The notes beneath the pieces are model-generated. The model did not search any database. It was not told the DNA's origin and worked only from the letters and a program-made list of their open reading frames with translations. Positions 25,462-38,490 of a stretch of DNA of 64,000 nucleotides are shown one piece after another. Numbering within the stretch: the stretch's first letter is position 1; each line of letters begins with the position of its first letter. A program made the translations under genes and the position numbers. Origin of the DNA: Somniosus microcephalus (Eukaryota); contig CM126227.1 in NCBI GenBank assembly GCA_052327205.1, positions 3,844,001-3,908,000 on the forward strand. The letters run 5' to 3'.

Positions 25462-26038
25462 TTTGTTAATTAACTTTGAAAGTACTGAAGGGTTGTGAGT
25501 GTTTAGCTGTGTCCCTATTCGGGATGGGGTGGGGGGGGGTGTGTGGGCGGGGGGATAGAGCATGGTGGTCTTCACCACACAGCCTCCTGAAACCCTCGGG
25601 ATGCCTGGCCTTCACATCACGGCTGGTAATGAGAAGGGAGCTGATACACAGAGCTCGCAGCAGCACCTTCACCTGATCTGTTCACACATGAGCTGCTCTC
25701 CATCTCTCAAGCTCATAACACCATCGTTCAACATTCCCACAATCCTTCCCGCCAGCTGAAAGGAACAGCAAGAGATTGAACAGCAGATTGGCAACAGCTG
25801 GGCAAAGCCAGAGCCGACTGTGCACAGGATCAGTCTCGCAAATCACTCCACGCAACAAAGACAACTGGCGCACAGAGCTGAGACGTGGGCCACTTTTATT
25901 CCAGGGCCGGCAATACCATTTCCAACATGCTTTTATATTAACCTCCCAAGACCCAGAGCGGGGCCTCTGCACACTATTAACACTCCAGAGCTGCAGTAGC
26001 CATTTTTCACAGTTACTCTGCAGGGAACTCCACTCGTA

Positions 26039-26281
26039 GGGTTTTGCAATTTCGGGACCTAGAGGAGAATTGATGCGGCGCTTCAGTTAACCCGCGAGGA
26101 CCCAAACCACAGATGCTGCACGGCTTCACTTTTCATCAGCATATTTCACAGCTCGACAACAAGAGGCCAGTTTGATCTCTGATGGGCTAAAGGTTAGCAG
26201 GTCGGGTGAGAGGTCGGGGTCATTCCAAATGCTGCATTACCGCCGAGACCCTTCCCGCCAGGCGGTGTGAAATTCCAGCCC
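26039..26281. mobile_element. Possible degenerate short MITE
   Basis: Imperfect TIR GGGTTTTGCAATTTC...GAAATTCCAGCCC resembling the GG-n-GAAATT ends of E1-E4. No clean TSD. Confidence 0.3.
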
Positions 26282-26352
26282 TGAATGTAAACAGTGCGTC
26301 ACAGTTGTAGGATTACGATACAAAGTCCAGCAATGAGCTCTCTAAATGGCTC

Positions 26353-26763
26353 AACAACAGCTTGCATTTATATAGCGCCTTTAACGTAGTAAAAAGTCCC
26401 AAGGTGCTTCACAGGAGCGATTATCAAACGGGATTTGACACCAAGCCGCATAAGGAGATCTTAGGGCAGGTGACCAAAAGTTTGGTCAAACAGGTCGGTT
26501 TTAAGGAGCATCTTAAAGGAGGAGAGAGGCGGAGAGGTTTAGGGAGGGAATTCCAGTGCTTGGGGCCCAGGCAGCTGAAGGCACGGCCGCCAATGGTGGA
26601 GCGATGGAAATCGGGGATACGCAAGAGGCCAGAATTGGGGGAGCGCAGAGATCTCGGAGGGTTGTGGGGCTGGAGGAGGCTACAGAGAGAGGGAGGGGCG
26701 AGGCCATGGAGGGATTTGAAAACAAGGATGAGAGTATTAAATTCGAAGTGTTGCCGGACCGGG
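26353..26763 (-). mobile_element. L2-like 3' fragment
   Basis: Minus strand reads RSTIGGRAFSCLGPKHWNSLP. Confidence 0.78.
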
Positions 26764-27434
26764 AGGGAGCAGGGTGAGGGGGAGAGTGGGAGTGAGGGGG
26801 GGGGGGGAGGGAGAGTGGGAGGTGATGGGAGCGGAGGGGGAGGGTGAGATGGTGAGGGAGAGACGAGTTTCTAATCCCTCGTGACAACACTCCAGCCTAA
26901 TCAGTCTGAAAGAACACATGACCCATGTAGAGAGTTGGTCTTGTTACTGTTCACTGTTGAAGTGTGTGCCTGGGGAATTGGTGTGTGCAATGAAACCCCA
27001 ACACAATGGAATGCCAGGGGGCTGTTACTCTTCACACTGACAGCAGCGCAGCGAGACAGCTGCCCACAGTTAATGACCTGTGCTCACTTTAGCCACAGCA
27101 GAGTGCTGCTGTGCTCCCTCAGTCTGTAACCCAATCTAGAGGACCAGGGCTGAGTCAGACTGTTGTTGTGTCTGCTCTTTCCAAGTGGGAATAGATTCGG
27201 AGTTGATTGGAGCTGCTTCTGCAGATGTGTGGAAGAGTATGGGAGAGTGTGTGAGGTCCTCGCGCACTGACAGCACGGCCTACAGCTGCACTGTATGGTT
27301 TAAAATCAGAATCAGAGTTAAGGAGCCAGTCACCGTGCAGCGAGGAGGGTCTGGTGTGAGCAGGAATCCACAGGGACTCACGTTCAGTGTCACTACTGCC
27401 TTCAGCAAGTGCTGTACACAACATCCCTGGACAA

Positions 27435-27953
27435 AAGAACACAAGAAATAGGAGCAGGAGTCGGCCATTCGGCCCCTCGAGCCTGCTCCGCCATTCAACA
27501 AGATCATGGCTGATCTTCGACCTCAACTCCATTTTCCCGCCCGATCCCCATATCCCTTGATTCTCCTCGTGTCCAAAAATCTATCGATCTCAGTCCACAG
27601 CCCTCTGGGGCAGAGAATCCCAAAGATTCACAACCTCTTTGAATGAAGAAATTCCTCCTCATCTCAGTCCTAAATAGCCGACCCCTTATCCTGAGACTGT
27701 GACCACTTAGTTCTAGACTCTCCAGCCAGGGGAAACAACCTCTCAGCATCTACCCTGTCAATCCCTCTAAGAATGTTATATGTTTCAATGATATCACCTC
27801 ATTCTTCTAAACTCTAGGGAACGTAGGCCTGTCCTACTCAGTCTCTCCTCATAGGACAATCTCCTCATAGCAGGAATCAATCTAGTGAACCTTTGTTGCG
27901 CCACCTCTAAGGCAAGTATATCCTTCCTTAGGTAAGACCAGAACTGTACACAG
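27435..27953 (-). mobile_element. CR1 3' fragment (degenerate)
   Basis: GHSLRIRGRLFRTEMRRNFF plus 3'UTR. Confidence 0.85.
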
Positions 27954-28074
27954 TCCATGCACACAGTGGCCACTGGTCTTTAACAGACAGCAGGCGCTGC
28001 TTCAATCTGTTACCAAACCACTGTAACTCTAACACACCTGGAAACACCAGATGTACGGCTTCAGGTGCCATCAC

Positions 28075-30814
28075 TGTATTGATTTCTTTGTGGGTTCAAT
28101 GACGAGACATTTATGAAAGAGAATGACTTTTAATCTAAAGCTTGTTCAACTCTTTATACAGCATTTACAGGAGACATCATGCTAGTGATGCATCTAGAAC
28201 GAAACTGAAACTAAACTGAACTGCCTTGCTTGTCTCTGTCACATGCCCTCTGCTGGTCAGGCACAAGCAATCAATACATGCAAACGTGCTGTTAAGGCAT
28301 CATAATCGAACAGGCAAATACCATCTCTATTTGCTGATATCATTACATCTCCTTTTCTTAAAACAAAAGTATTTTACTTTTAACTAACAACATGTTTTCT
28401 TTGTATTAATCTGCATTTTAACTGTAACACTTAATGAACTTACATTATCATTATCATGATCAAGGTTTGTTAACCTTGCTTTGTGTGTTCACATGAAATA
28501 TGTCAATACACTAGAACTTGAAGAAAGAATAAGATAACATTACTTCCTTCTATAACAATAGTCCTTAAATTTGCTCAATGAGTCTCTCAGGAGGCTTCAC
28601 GTGTCTTGAGGATTTTCTGATTGATTGTCCTTGAATCTGAGTTGTTGCCTCAGATGATGGTTTCTCAGCTGTGTGATCAGGTTGTTCAACAGTATCAGTC
28701 TCTTGACCTGCTGTGGCTGGTCCCATGAGAAGATCTCGACGATTTCTTCTCAGAACAGCACCCTCATCTGTCTGAATGGTGTATGATCTTGGTTGAACTT
28801 CACTCAGGACAGTTCCCTTCTGAGTCCATATGTTTGTTTTGTCTTTGAACCTTACTTGGTCACCAGTGTGGAGTTCAGGTAGGTTTTGTGTTCCTCTGTC
28901 ATAGTAGTACTTTTGCTTTTCTTTCTGTTGCTCCTTGAACTTCCTCACTTTCTCCCCCTCTTTTGTTTTCAGGAGGTTCTCCGGGATGGGTAGGTTTGAC
29001 CTTAGCATACGTCCCATAAGGAGTTGGGCTGGTGACATACCACACTCGAGCGGCGTTGTGCGGTATACAAGCATGCTCTGGTAGAAGTCAGTTCCACTGT
29101 CTTTTGCCTTGTACATCAGTCTTTTCACTGTGTTTGCGGGCTCTCCTGGGTCAACAGCTCTGGACAGCGTGTCTGCTGTATACATCAGCTTACCCGGTGT
29201 GTACGCAACATTCAGTTCATCATAGACTGTCTCTCCTTCGCTTTCCACAACGAGGACTCTCTTTACCAGGTTCAGTCTCTCACAGGCTTTTAAACCTGGT
29301 ATAGCCTGCACATCCTTTGGCACCACGATTAATGCTAGCGTGTGCTCTCTGTCCTTGTGTGTTACTTTGACAAAGCATCTTCCTTTCACTGGTATTTCAG
29401 TACCTGAGTATCCTGTCACTTTCACTTTTATTCCATGTATCTTTGGTCTGGGTCTAATTTTCTTAAAATCAGTCTCTGATATCACATTAACTTGTGCTCC
29501 AGTATCCAATTTAAATGGAATGTGTATGTCATTTACTTTTAGTGTCAACATCCAGTCTCTTTCTTCTTTTTTGTTTTCAGACACAACATCTACATTGAAC
29601 TCCTCTATCTCGCTTTCATCTACTGCATGGACCTTGCTTTGTTGCATTTGGTTCTTACAGCAACGGGCATAATGGTTGTTCTTGTTGCAACTATTGCATG
29701 TTTTACCATATGCTGGACACTTTCTTGGTGGATGCTGTGTACCGCATCGACTACATGACTTTCGATTGTCCCTTTCATTTTCGTTCGCTGGCCACGCCTC
29801 TTTTTTCACATTGACGCTCTTTTTGTTAAACGGTTTGTGTCCGTTCTTACTCACTGCATCCACGTTGTAGCTACTGTCACTGAACAGCTCCTTTGCCTGC
29901 AACTTCACAGTCTCTGTAGCCCTACACAGTGCTATGGCTTTTCCCAGGTCTAGATCTTGCTCTCTTAGCAGTCTTTCCCTTAGACCATTATCTGGAATAC
30001 CACACACCAGTCTGTCTTTTATCAGCGAGTCTGTCAGTCCCCCAAATTCACACGATTTGCTTCTGTTTCTCAGTTCAGTCACATACTGATCAATAGCCTC
30101 ACCCGTTTTCTGTACACGTGAAAAATCTGTGCCTCTCAAACATCACGTTACGTTTAGGTATGCAGTAGGCCTCAAACTGTTCCATTATTTTATCTAGTTT
30201 CATTTTGTCTCCATTAGCAGCAAATGTGAAGTTATTATACACCTCCAGCGCTTCATCACCCACGACATGTAAGAACAGTGACGATTTCTTTTTATTACTT
30301 TTCTCATCAGCTCCGATTGCCGCTAAATACAACCCCACACGTTGTTTGAATCTCCTCCAATTTTCAGCCACATTACCTGTCAACTGAAGCGTCGCCGGTG
30401 GGTGTAAACCTTCCATTTTTTACTTCGTTAGCTATTCTCTAATGGTAAGTAACGATGTTCTCTTTTGGCTTGCTAATATGTGGAGAGCTGATTTAACTTC
30501 AGATTTTTCCTCTTCATCTCTTTCAATCACTTCTGACACCATGTATTGATTTCTTTGTGGGTTCAATGACGAGACATTTATGAAAGAGAATGACTTTTAA
30601 TCTAAAGCTTGTTCAACTCTTTATACAGCATTTACAGGAGACATCATGCTAGTGATGCATCTAGAACGAAACTGAAACTAAACTGAACTGCCTTGCTTGT
30701 CTCTGTCACATGCCCTCTGCTGGTCAGGCACAAGCAATCAATACATGCAAACATGCTGTTAAGGCATCATAATCGAACAGGCAAATACCATCTCAATTTG
30801 CTGATATCATTACA
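28075..30814 (-). mobile_element. Gypsy-type LTR retrotransposon, internally deleted, young
   Basis: 273-bp LTRs at 28075-28347 and 30542-30814 (TG...CA, two differences seen). 5-bp TSD ATCAC. PBS TGGTGTCAGAAGTG, complementary to the tRNA-Leu 3' end. PPT AAGAAAAGGAGA. Confidence 0.96.
28565..30416 (-). pseudogene. gag-protease fused to remnants of RNase H and the integrase C-terminus; one frameshift near 30115
   Basis: gag (NWRRFKQR, IKDRLVCG, CPAYGKTCNSCNKNNHYARCC), protease (FKLDTGA), RNase H tail (YTPGK..ADTLSR), IN tail (YRTTP..SPAQLLMGR..RSY..LRRNR). No RT YxDD motif. Confidence 0.9.
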
Positions 30815-31139
30815 ATCACCAGGTGTGAAGGTGAGTGGGAATGTGAGGGTGTGATGGGATGAGATGGGATTGCTGGGGAGTGAGGATGTGAGGGAGTCTG
30901 TGATTCACTGAGAGTAGATAAGCATCAATACAGTAAATGGCATGCTTGGCATCCGGCATGGTGCAGGGTTTACATCGCTAGTTATCTGGGAATTAAGGTG
31001 CTTCAAACGCCATCCGATCCCCTATTTGTAGCCACATGAAAAAGGCACATCTTGAAATATCCACTGCCTTCTCGCCCTTGATGCTCACCGGCACTGTGCT
31101 GTGTGGAGGCCTCCCGTCACCAAGGCTCTGTCTTCCCAT

Positions 31140-31402
31140 CTCAGGACTCAGCGGTCTGTCTCGCTCCTTCCGTTTCTCTCTGGCTCCGTCCCCCTGGTCT
31201 CAGGGAGTCTGGCTCACTCACTCACTCTCTGTCCCCCTGGTCTCAGGGAGTCTGGATCACTCACTCACTCTGTCTCTGTCCTCCTGGTCTCAGGGAGTCT
31301 GGCTCACTCACTCTGTCTATGTCCCCCTGGTCTCAGGGAGTCTGGCCCACTCACTCACTCTGTCTCTGTCCTCCTGGTCTCAGGGAGTCTGGCTCACTTA
31401 CT
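31140..31402. repeat. Short tandem repeat of ~42-46 bp (CTGGTCTCAGGGAGTCTGGCTCACTCAC...)
   Basis: Five clear units. Confidence 0.85.
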
Positions 31403-31519
31403 CTGTTATAGTCTCCCACCACCTCAGGGGTTCCCCCTCCCTCAGGGGGGTTACACTCCGTTCTATTTCAGTGCTGCTGGTTCTATGTGACTAACTTTCA
31501 CACACAGCGGAGACTCGAG

Positions 31520-34500
31520 CTGCTGTTGTTCAATGTGAGTCCGCGGGCTGGTGTTCAGTGTGTGTCCGCAGGCTGTGTTCAGTGTGTGTCCGTGGGCTGT
31601 GTTCAGTGTGTGTCCGCGGGCTGTGGTCAGTGTGTGTCCGCGGGCTGTGGTCAGTGTGTGTCCGCGGGCTGTGGTCAGTGTGTGCCCTCGGGCTGTGTTC
31701 AGTGTGTGTCCGCGGGCTGTGTTCAGTGTGTGTCCGCGGGCTGGTGTTCAGTGTGTGTCTGCGGGCTGTGGTCAGTGTGTGTCCGCAGGCTGGTGTTCAG
31801 TGTGTGTCCGCGGGCTGGTGTTCAATGTGTGTCCGCGGGCTGTGCTCAGTGTGGTCCACGGGCTGTGCTCAGTGTGTGTCCGCGGGCTGGTGTTCAGTGT
31901 GTGTCCGCGGGCTGTGTTCAGTGTGTGTCCGCGGGCTGTGTTCAGTGTGTGTCTGCAGGCTGTGGTCAGTGTGTGTCCGCGGGCTGTGGTCAGTGTGTGT
32001 CCGCGGGCTGTGGTCAGTGTGTGTCCTCGGGCTGTGTTCAGTGTGTGTCCGCGGGCTGTGTTCAGTGTGTGTCCGCGGGCTGATGTTCAGTGTGTGTCTG
32101 CGGGCTGTGGTCAGTGTGTGTCCGCGGGCTGGTGTTCGGTGTGTGTCCGCGGGCTGGTGTTCAATGTGTGTCCGCGGGCTGTGCTCAGTGTGGTCCGCGG
32201 GCTGTGCTCAGTGTGTGTCCGCGGGCTGTGTTCAGTGTGGTCCGCGGGCTGTGCTCAGTGTGTGTCCGCGGGCTGTGCTCAGTGTGTGTCCGCGGGCTGG
32301 TGTTCAGTGTGTGTCCGCGGGCTGTGTTCAGTGTGTGTCCGCGGGCTGGTGTTCAGTGTGTGTCCGCGGGCTGGTGTTCAGTGTGTGTCCGCGGGCTGGT
32401 GTTCAGTGTGTGTCTGCGGGCTGGTGTTCAGTGTGTGTCTGCGGGCTGTGTTCAGTGTGTGTCCGCGGGCTGTGGTCAGTGTGTGTCCGCGGGCTGGTGT
32501 TCAGTGTGTGTCCGCGGGCTGTGTTCAGTGTGTGTCCGCGGGCTGTGTTCAGTGTGTGTCCGCGGGCTGTGTTCACGGTGTGTCCGCGGGCTGTGTTCAG
32601 TGTGTGTCCGCGGGCTGTGTTCACTGTGTGTCCGCGGGCTGTGTTCACTGTGTGTCCGCGGGTTGTGGTCAGTGTGTGTCTGCGGGCTGTGCTCAGTGTG
32701 TGTCCGCGGGCTGTGCTCAGTGTGTGTCCGCGGGCTGTGTTCAGTGTGTGTCCGCGGGCTGTGTTCACTGTGTGTCCGCGGGCTGGTGTTCAGTGTGCGT
32801 CCGCGGGCTGTTGTCAGTGTGTGTCCCCGGGCTGTGTTCAGTGTGTGTCCGCGGGCTGTGGTCAGTGTGTGTCCGCGGACTGTGCTCAGTGTGTGTCTGC
32901 GGGCTGTGCTCAGTGTGTGTCTGCGGGCTGTGGTTCAGTGTGTGTCCGCGGGCTGTGTTCAGTGTGTGTCCGCGGGCTGTGTTCACTGTGTGTCCGCGGG
33001 CTGGTGTTCAGTGTGCGTCCGCGGGCTGTGCTCAGTGTGTGTCCGCGGGCTGTTGTCAGTGTGTGTCCCCGGGCTGTGTTCAGTGTGTGTCCGCGGGCTG
33101 TGCTCAGTGTGTGTCCGCGGGCTGTGCTCAGTGTGTGTCCACGGGCTGTGGTCAGTGTGTGTCCGCGGGCTGTGCTCAATGTGTGTCCGCGGGCTGTGGT
33201 CAGTGTGTGTCCGCGGGCTGTGCTCAGTGTGTGTCTGCGGGCTGTGCTCAGTGTGTGTCTGCGGGCTGTGGTTCAGTGTGTGTCCGCGGGCTGTGCTCAG
33301 TGTGTGTCCGCGGGCTGTGGTCAGTGTGTGTCCGCGGGCTGTGTTCAGTGTGTGTCCGCGGGCTGTGGTCAGTGTGTGTCCGCGGGCTGTGGTCAGTGTG
33401 TGTCCGCGGGCTGTGTTCAGTGTGTGTCCGCGGGCTGTGGTCAGTGTGTGTCCGCGGGCTGTGTTCAGTGTGTGTCCGCGGGCTGTGTTCAGTGTGTGTC
33501 CGCGGGCTGTGTTCACTGTGTGTCCGCGGGCTGGTGTTCAGTGTGCGTCCGCGGGCTGTGCTCAGTGTGTGTCCGCGGGCTGTTGTCAGTGTGTGTCCCC
33601 GGGCTGTGTTCAGTGTGTGTCCGCGGGCTGTGCTCAGTGTGTGTCCGCGGGCTGTGCTCAGTGTGTGTCCACGGGCTGTGGTCAGTGTGTGTCCGCGGGC
33701 TGTGCTCAATGTGTGTCCGCGGGCTGTGGTCAGTGTGTGTCCGCGGGCTGTGCTCAGTGTGTGTCTGCGGGCTGTGCTCAGTGTGTGTCTGCGGGCTGTG
33801 GTTCAGTGTGTGTCCGCGGGCTGTGCTCAGTGTGTGTCCGCGGGCTGTGGTCAGTGTGTGTCCGCGGGCTGTGTTCAGTGTGTGTCCGCGGGCTGTGGTC
33901 AGTGTGTGTCCGCGGGCTGTGGTCAGTGTGTGTCCGCGGGCTGTGTTCAGTGTGTGTCCGCGGGCTGTGGTCAGTGTGTGTCCGCGGGCTGTGTTCAGTG
34001 TGTGTCCGCGGGCTGTGGTCAGTGTGTGCCCGCGGGCTGTGGTCAGTGTGTGTCCGCGGGCTGTGTTCAGTGTGTGTCCGCGGGCTGTGGTCAGTGTGTG
34101 TCCACGGGCTGTGGTCAGTGTGTGTCCGCGGGCTGTGGTCAGTGTGCGTCCGCGGGCTGTGTTCAGTGTGTGTCCGCGGGCTGTGGTCAGTGTGTGTCCA
34201 CGGGCTGTGGTCAGTGTGTGTCCGCGGGCTGTGGTCAGTGTGTGTCCGCGGGCTGTGGTCAGTGTGCGTCCGCGGGCTGTGGTCAGTGTGCGTCCGCGGG
34301 CTGTGTTCAGTGTGTGTCCGCGGGCTGGTGTTCAGTGTGTGTCCGCGGGCTGTGGTCAGAGTGTGTCCGCGGGCTGGTGTTCAGTGTGTGTCTGCGGGCT
34401 GGTGTTCAGTGTGTGTCTGCGGGCTGTGTTCAGTGTGTGTCCGCGGGCTGTGGTCAGTGTGTGTCCGCGGGCTGGTGTTCAGTGTGTGTCCGCGGGCTGT

Positions 34501-37500
34501 GTTCAGTGTGTGTCCGCGGGCTGTGTTCAGTGTGTGTCCGCGGGCTGTGTTCACGGTGTGTCCGCGGGCTGTGTTCAGTGTGTGTCCGCGGGCTGTGTTC
34601 ACTGTGTGTCCGCGGGCTGTGTTCACTGTGTGTCCGCGGGTTGTGGTCAGTGTGTGTCTGCGGGCTGTGCTCAGTGTGTGTCCGCGGGCTGTGCTCAGTG
34701 TGTGTCCGCGGGCTGTGTTCAGTGTGTGTCCGCGGGCTGTGTTCACTGTGTGTCCGCGGGCTGGTGTTCAGTGTGCGTCCGCGGGCTGTGCTCAGTGTGT
34801 GTCCGCGGGCTGTTGTCAGTGTGTGTCCCCGGGCTGTGTTCAGTGTGTGTCCGCGGGCTGTGGTCAGTGTGTGTCCGCGGACTGTGCTCAGTGTGTGTCT
34901 GCGGGCTGTGCTCAGTGTGTGTCTGCGGGCTGTGGTTCAGTGTGTGTCCGCGGGCTGTGTTCAGTGTGTGTCCGCGGGCTGTGTTCACTGTGTGTCCGCG
35001 GGCTGGTGTTCAGTGTGCGTCCGCGGGCTGTGCTCAGTGTGTGTCCGCGGGCTGTTGTCAGTGTGTGTCCCCGGGCTGTGTTCAGTGTGTGTCCGCGGGC
35101 TGTGCTCAGTGTGTGTCCGCGGGCTGTGCTCAGTGTGTGTCCACGGGCTGTGGTCAGTGTGTGTCCGCGGGCTGTGCTCAATGTGTGTCCGCGGGCTGTG
35201 GTCAGTGTGTGTCCGCGGGCTGTGCTCAGTGTGTGTCTGCGGGCTGTGCTCAGTGTGTGTCTGCGGGCTGTGGTTCAGTGTGTGTCCGCGGGCTGTGCTT
35301 AGTGTGTGTCCGCGGGCTGTGGTCAGTGTGTGTCCGCGGGCTGTGTTCAGTGTGTGTCCGCGGGCTGTGGTCAGTGTGTGTCCGCGGGCTGTGGTCAGTG
35401 TGTGTCCGCGGGCTGTGTTCAGTGTGTGTCCGCGGGCTGTGGTCAGTGTGTGTCCGCGGGCTGTGTTCAGTGTGTGTCCGCGGGCTGTGGTCAGTGTGTG
35501 CCCGCGGGCTGTGGTCAGTGTGTGTCCGCGGGCTGTGTTCAGTGTGTGTCCGCGGGCTGTGGTCAGTGTGTGTCCACGGGCTGTGGTCAGTGTGTGTCCG
35601 CGGGCTGTGGTCAGTGTGCGTCCGCGGGCTGTGTTCAGTGTGTGTCCGCGGGCTGTGGTCAGTGTGTGTCCACGGGCTGTGGTCAGTGTGTGTCCGCGGG
35701 CTGTGGTCAGTGTGTGTCCGCGGGCTGTGGTCAGTGTGCGTCCGCGGGCTGTGGTCAGTGTGCGTCCGCGGGCTGTGTTCAGTGTGTGTCCGCGGGCTGG
35801 TGTTCAGTGTGTGTCCGCGGGCTGTGGTCAGAGTGTGTCCGCGGGCTGTGGTCAGTGTGTGTCCGCGGGCTGTGCTCAGTGTGTGTCCGCGGGCTGTGGT
35901 CAGTGTGTGTCCGCGGGCTGTGGTCAGTGTGTGTCCGCGGGCTGTGTTCAGTGTGTGTCCGCGGGCTGTGCTCAGTGTGTGTCCGCGGGCTGTGGTCAGT
36001 GTGTGTCCGCGGGCTGTGGTCAGTGTGTGTCCGCGGGCTGTGTTCAGTGTGTGTCCGCGGGCTGTGGTCAGTGTGTGTCCGCGGGCTGTGTTCAGTGTGT
36101 GTCCGCGGGCTGGTGTTCAGTGTGTGTCCGCGGGCTGTGGTCAGTGTGTGTCCGCGGGCTGTGCTCAGTGTGTGTCCGCGGGCTGTGTTCAGTGTGTGTC
36201 CGCGGGCTGCGTTCAGTGTGTGTCCGCGGGCTGTGGTCAGTGTGTGTCCGCGGGCTGTGTTCAGTGTGTGTCCGCGGGCTGTGGTCAGTGTCCGCGGGCT
36301 GTGGTCAGTGTGTGTCCGCGGGCTGTGGTCAGTGTGTGTCCGCGGGCTGTGTTCAGTGTGTGTCCGCGGGCTGTGGTCAGTGTGTGTCCGCGGGCTGTGG
36401 TCAGTGTGTGTCCGCGGGCTGTGTTCAGTGTGTGTCCGCGGGCTGTGGTCAGTGTGTGTCCGCGGGCTGTGTTCAGTGTGTGTCCGCGGGCTGTGGTCAG
36501 TGTGTGCCCACGGGCTGTGGTCAGTGTGTGTCCGCGGGCTGTGTTCAGTGTGTGTCCGCGGGCTGTGGTCAGTGTGTGTCCACGGGCTGTGGTCAGTGTG
36601 TGTCCGCGGGCTGTGGTCAGTGTGCGTCCGCGGGCTGTGTTCAGTGTGTGTCCACGGGCTGTGGTCAGTGTGTGTCCGCGGGCTGTGGTCAGTGTGAGTC
36701 CGCGGGCTGTGGTCAGTGTGCGTCCGCGGGCTGTGGTCAGTGTGCGTCCGCGGGCTGTGTTCAGTGTGTGTCCGCGGGCTGGTGTTCAGTGTGTGTCCGC
36801 GGGCTGTGGTCAGAGTGTGTCCGCGGGCTGGTGTTCAGTGTGTGTCTGCGGGCTGGTGTTCAGTGTGTGTCTGCGGGCTGTGTTCAGTGTGTGTCCGCGG
36901 GCTGTGGTCAGTGTGTGTCCGCGGGCTGGTGTTCAGTGTGTGTCCGCGGGCTGTGTTCAGTGTGTGTCCGCGGGCTGTGTTCAGTGTGTGTCCGCGGGCT
37001 GTGTTCACGGTGTGTCCGCGGGCTGTGTTCAGTGTGTGTCCGCGGGCTGTGTTCACTGTGTGTCCGCGGGCTGTGTTCACTGTGTGTCCGCGGGTTGTGG
37101 TCAGTGTGTGTCTGCGGGCTGTGCTCAGTGTGTGTCCGCGGGCTGTGCTCAGTGTGTGTCCGCGGGCTGTGTTCAGTGTGTGTCCGCGGGCTGTGTTCAC
37201 TGTGTGTCCGCGGGCTGGTGTTCAGTGTGCGTCCGCGGGCTGTGCTCAGTGTGTGTCCGCGGGCTGTTGTCAGTGTGTGTCCCCGGGCTGTGTTCAGTGT
37301 GTGTTCGCGGGCTGTGGTCAGTGTGTGTCCGCGGACTGTGCTCAGTGTGTGTCTGCGGGCTGTGCTCAGTGTGTGTCTGCGGGCTGTGGTTCAGTGTGTG
37401 TCCGCGGGCTGTGTTCAGTGTGTGTCCGCGGGCTGTGGTCAGTGTGCGTCCGCGGGCTGTGGTCAGTGTGCGTCCGCGGGCTGTGTTCAGTGTGTGTCCG

Positions 37501-38490
37501 CGGGCTGGTGTTCAGTGTGTGTCCGCGGGCTGTGGTCAGAGTGTGTCCGCGGGCTGTGGTCAGTGTGTGTCCGCGGGCTGTGCTCAGTGTGTGTCCGCGG
37601 GCTGTGGTCAGTGTGTGTCCGCGGGCTGTGGTCAGTGTGTGTCCGCGGGCTGTGTTCAGTGTGTGTCCGCGGGCTGTGCTCAGTGTGTGTCCGCGGGCTG
37701 TGGTCAGTGTGTGTCCGCGGGCTGTGGTCAGTGTGTGTCCGCGGGCTGTGTTCAGTGTGTGTCCGCGGGCTGTGGTCAGTGTGTGTCCGCGGGCTGTGTT
37801 CAGTGTGTGTCCGCGGGCTGGTGTTCAGTGTGTGTCCGCGGGCTGTGGTCAGTGTGTGTCCGCGGGCTGTGCTCAGTGTGTGTCCGCGGGCTGTGTTCAG
37901 TGTGTGTCCGCGGGCTGCGTTCAGTGTGTGTCCGCGGGCTGTGGTCAGTGTGTGTCCGCGGGCTGTGGTCAGTGTCCGCGGGCTGTGGTCAGTGTGTGTC
38001 CGCGGGCTGTGGTCAGTGTGTGTCCGCGGGCTGTGTTCAGTGTGTGTCCGCGGGCTGTGCTCAGTGTGTGTCCGCGGGCTGTGGTCAGTGTGTGTCCGCG
38101 GGCTGTGGTCAGTGTGTGTCCGCGGGCTGTGTTCAGTTGTGTCCGCGGGCTGTGGTCAGTGTGTGTCCGCGGGCTGTGGTCAGTGTGTGTCCGCGGGCTG
38201 TGGTCAGTGTGTGTCCGCGGGCTGTGTTCAATGTGTGTCCGCGGGCTGTGGTCAGTGTGTGTCCACGGGCTGTGGTCAGTGTGTGTCCGCGGGCTGTGTT
38301 CAGTGTGTGTCCACGGGCTGTGTTCAATGTGTGTCCGCGGGCTGTGGTCAGTGTGTGTCCACGGGCTGTGTTCAATGTGTGTCCGCGGGCTGTGCTCAGT
38401 GTGTGTCCACGGGCTGTGTTCAATGTGTGTCCGCGGGCTGTGCTCAGTGTGTGTCCGCGGGCTGTGCTCAGTGTGTGTCCGCGGGGTGCT
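31520..38490. repeat. 7-kb satellite of 24/25-bp units (GTCCGCGGGCTGTGKTCAGTGTGT)n with higher-order blocks
   Basis: About 285 units. Variant blocks recur at offsets of about 530, 1978 and 2454 bp. Confidence 0.98.

Noticed and set aside
27155-27532. Possible host exons in unique-looking DNA (also 25.5-26.0 kb and 56.3-56.7 kb)
   Set aside because: No recognisable protein motif or convincing splice-site pair; a short exon cannot be excluded without RNA data.
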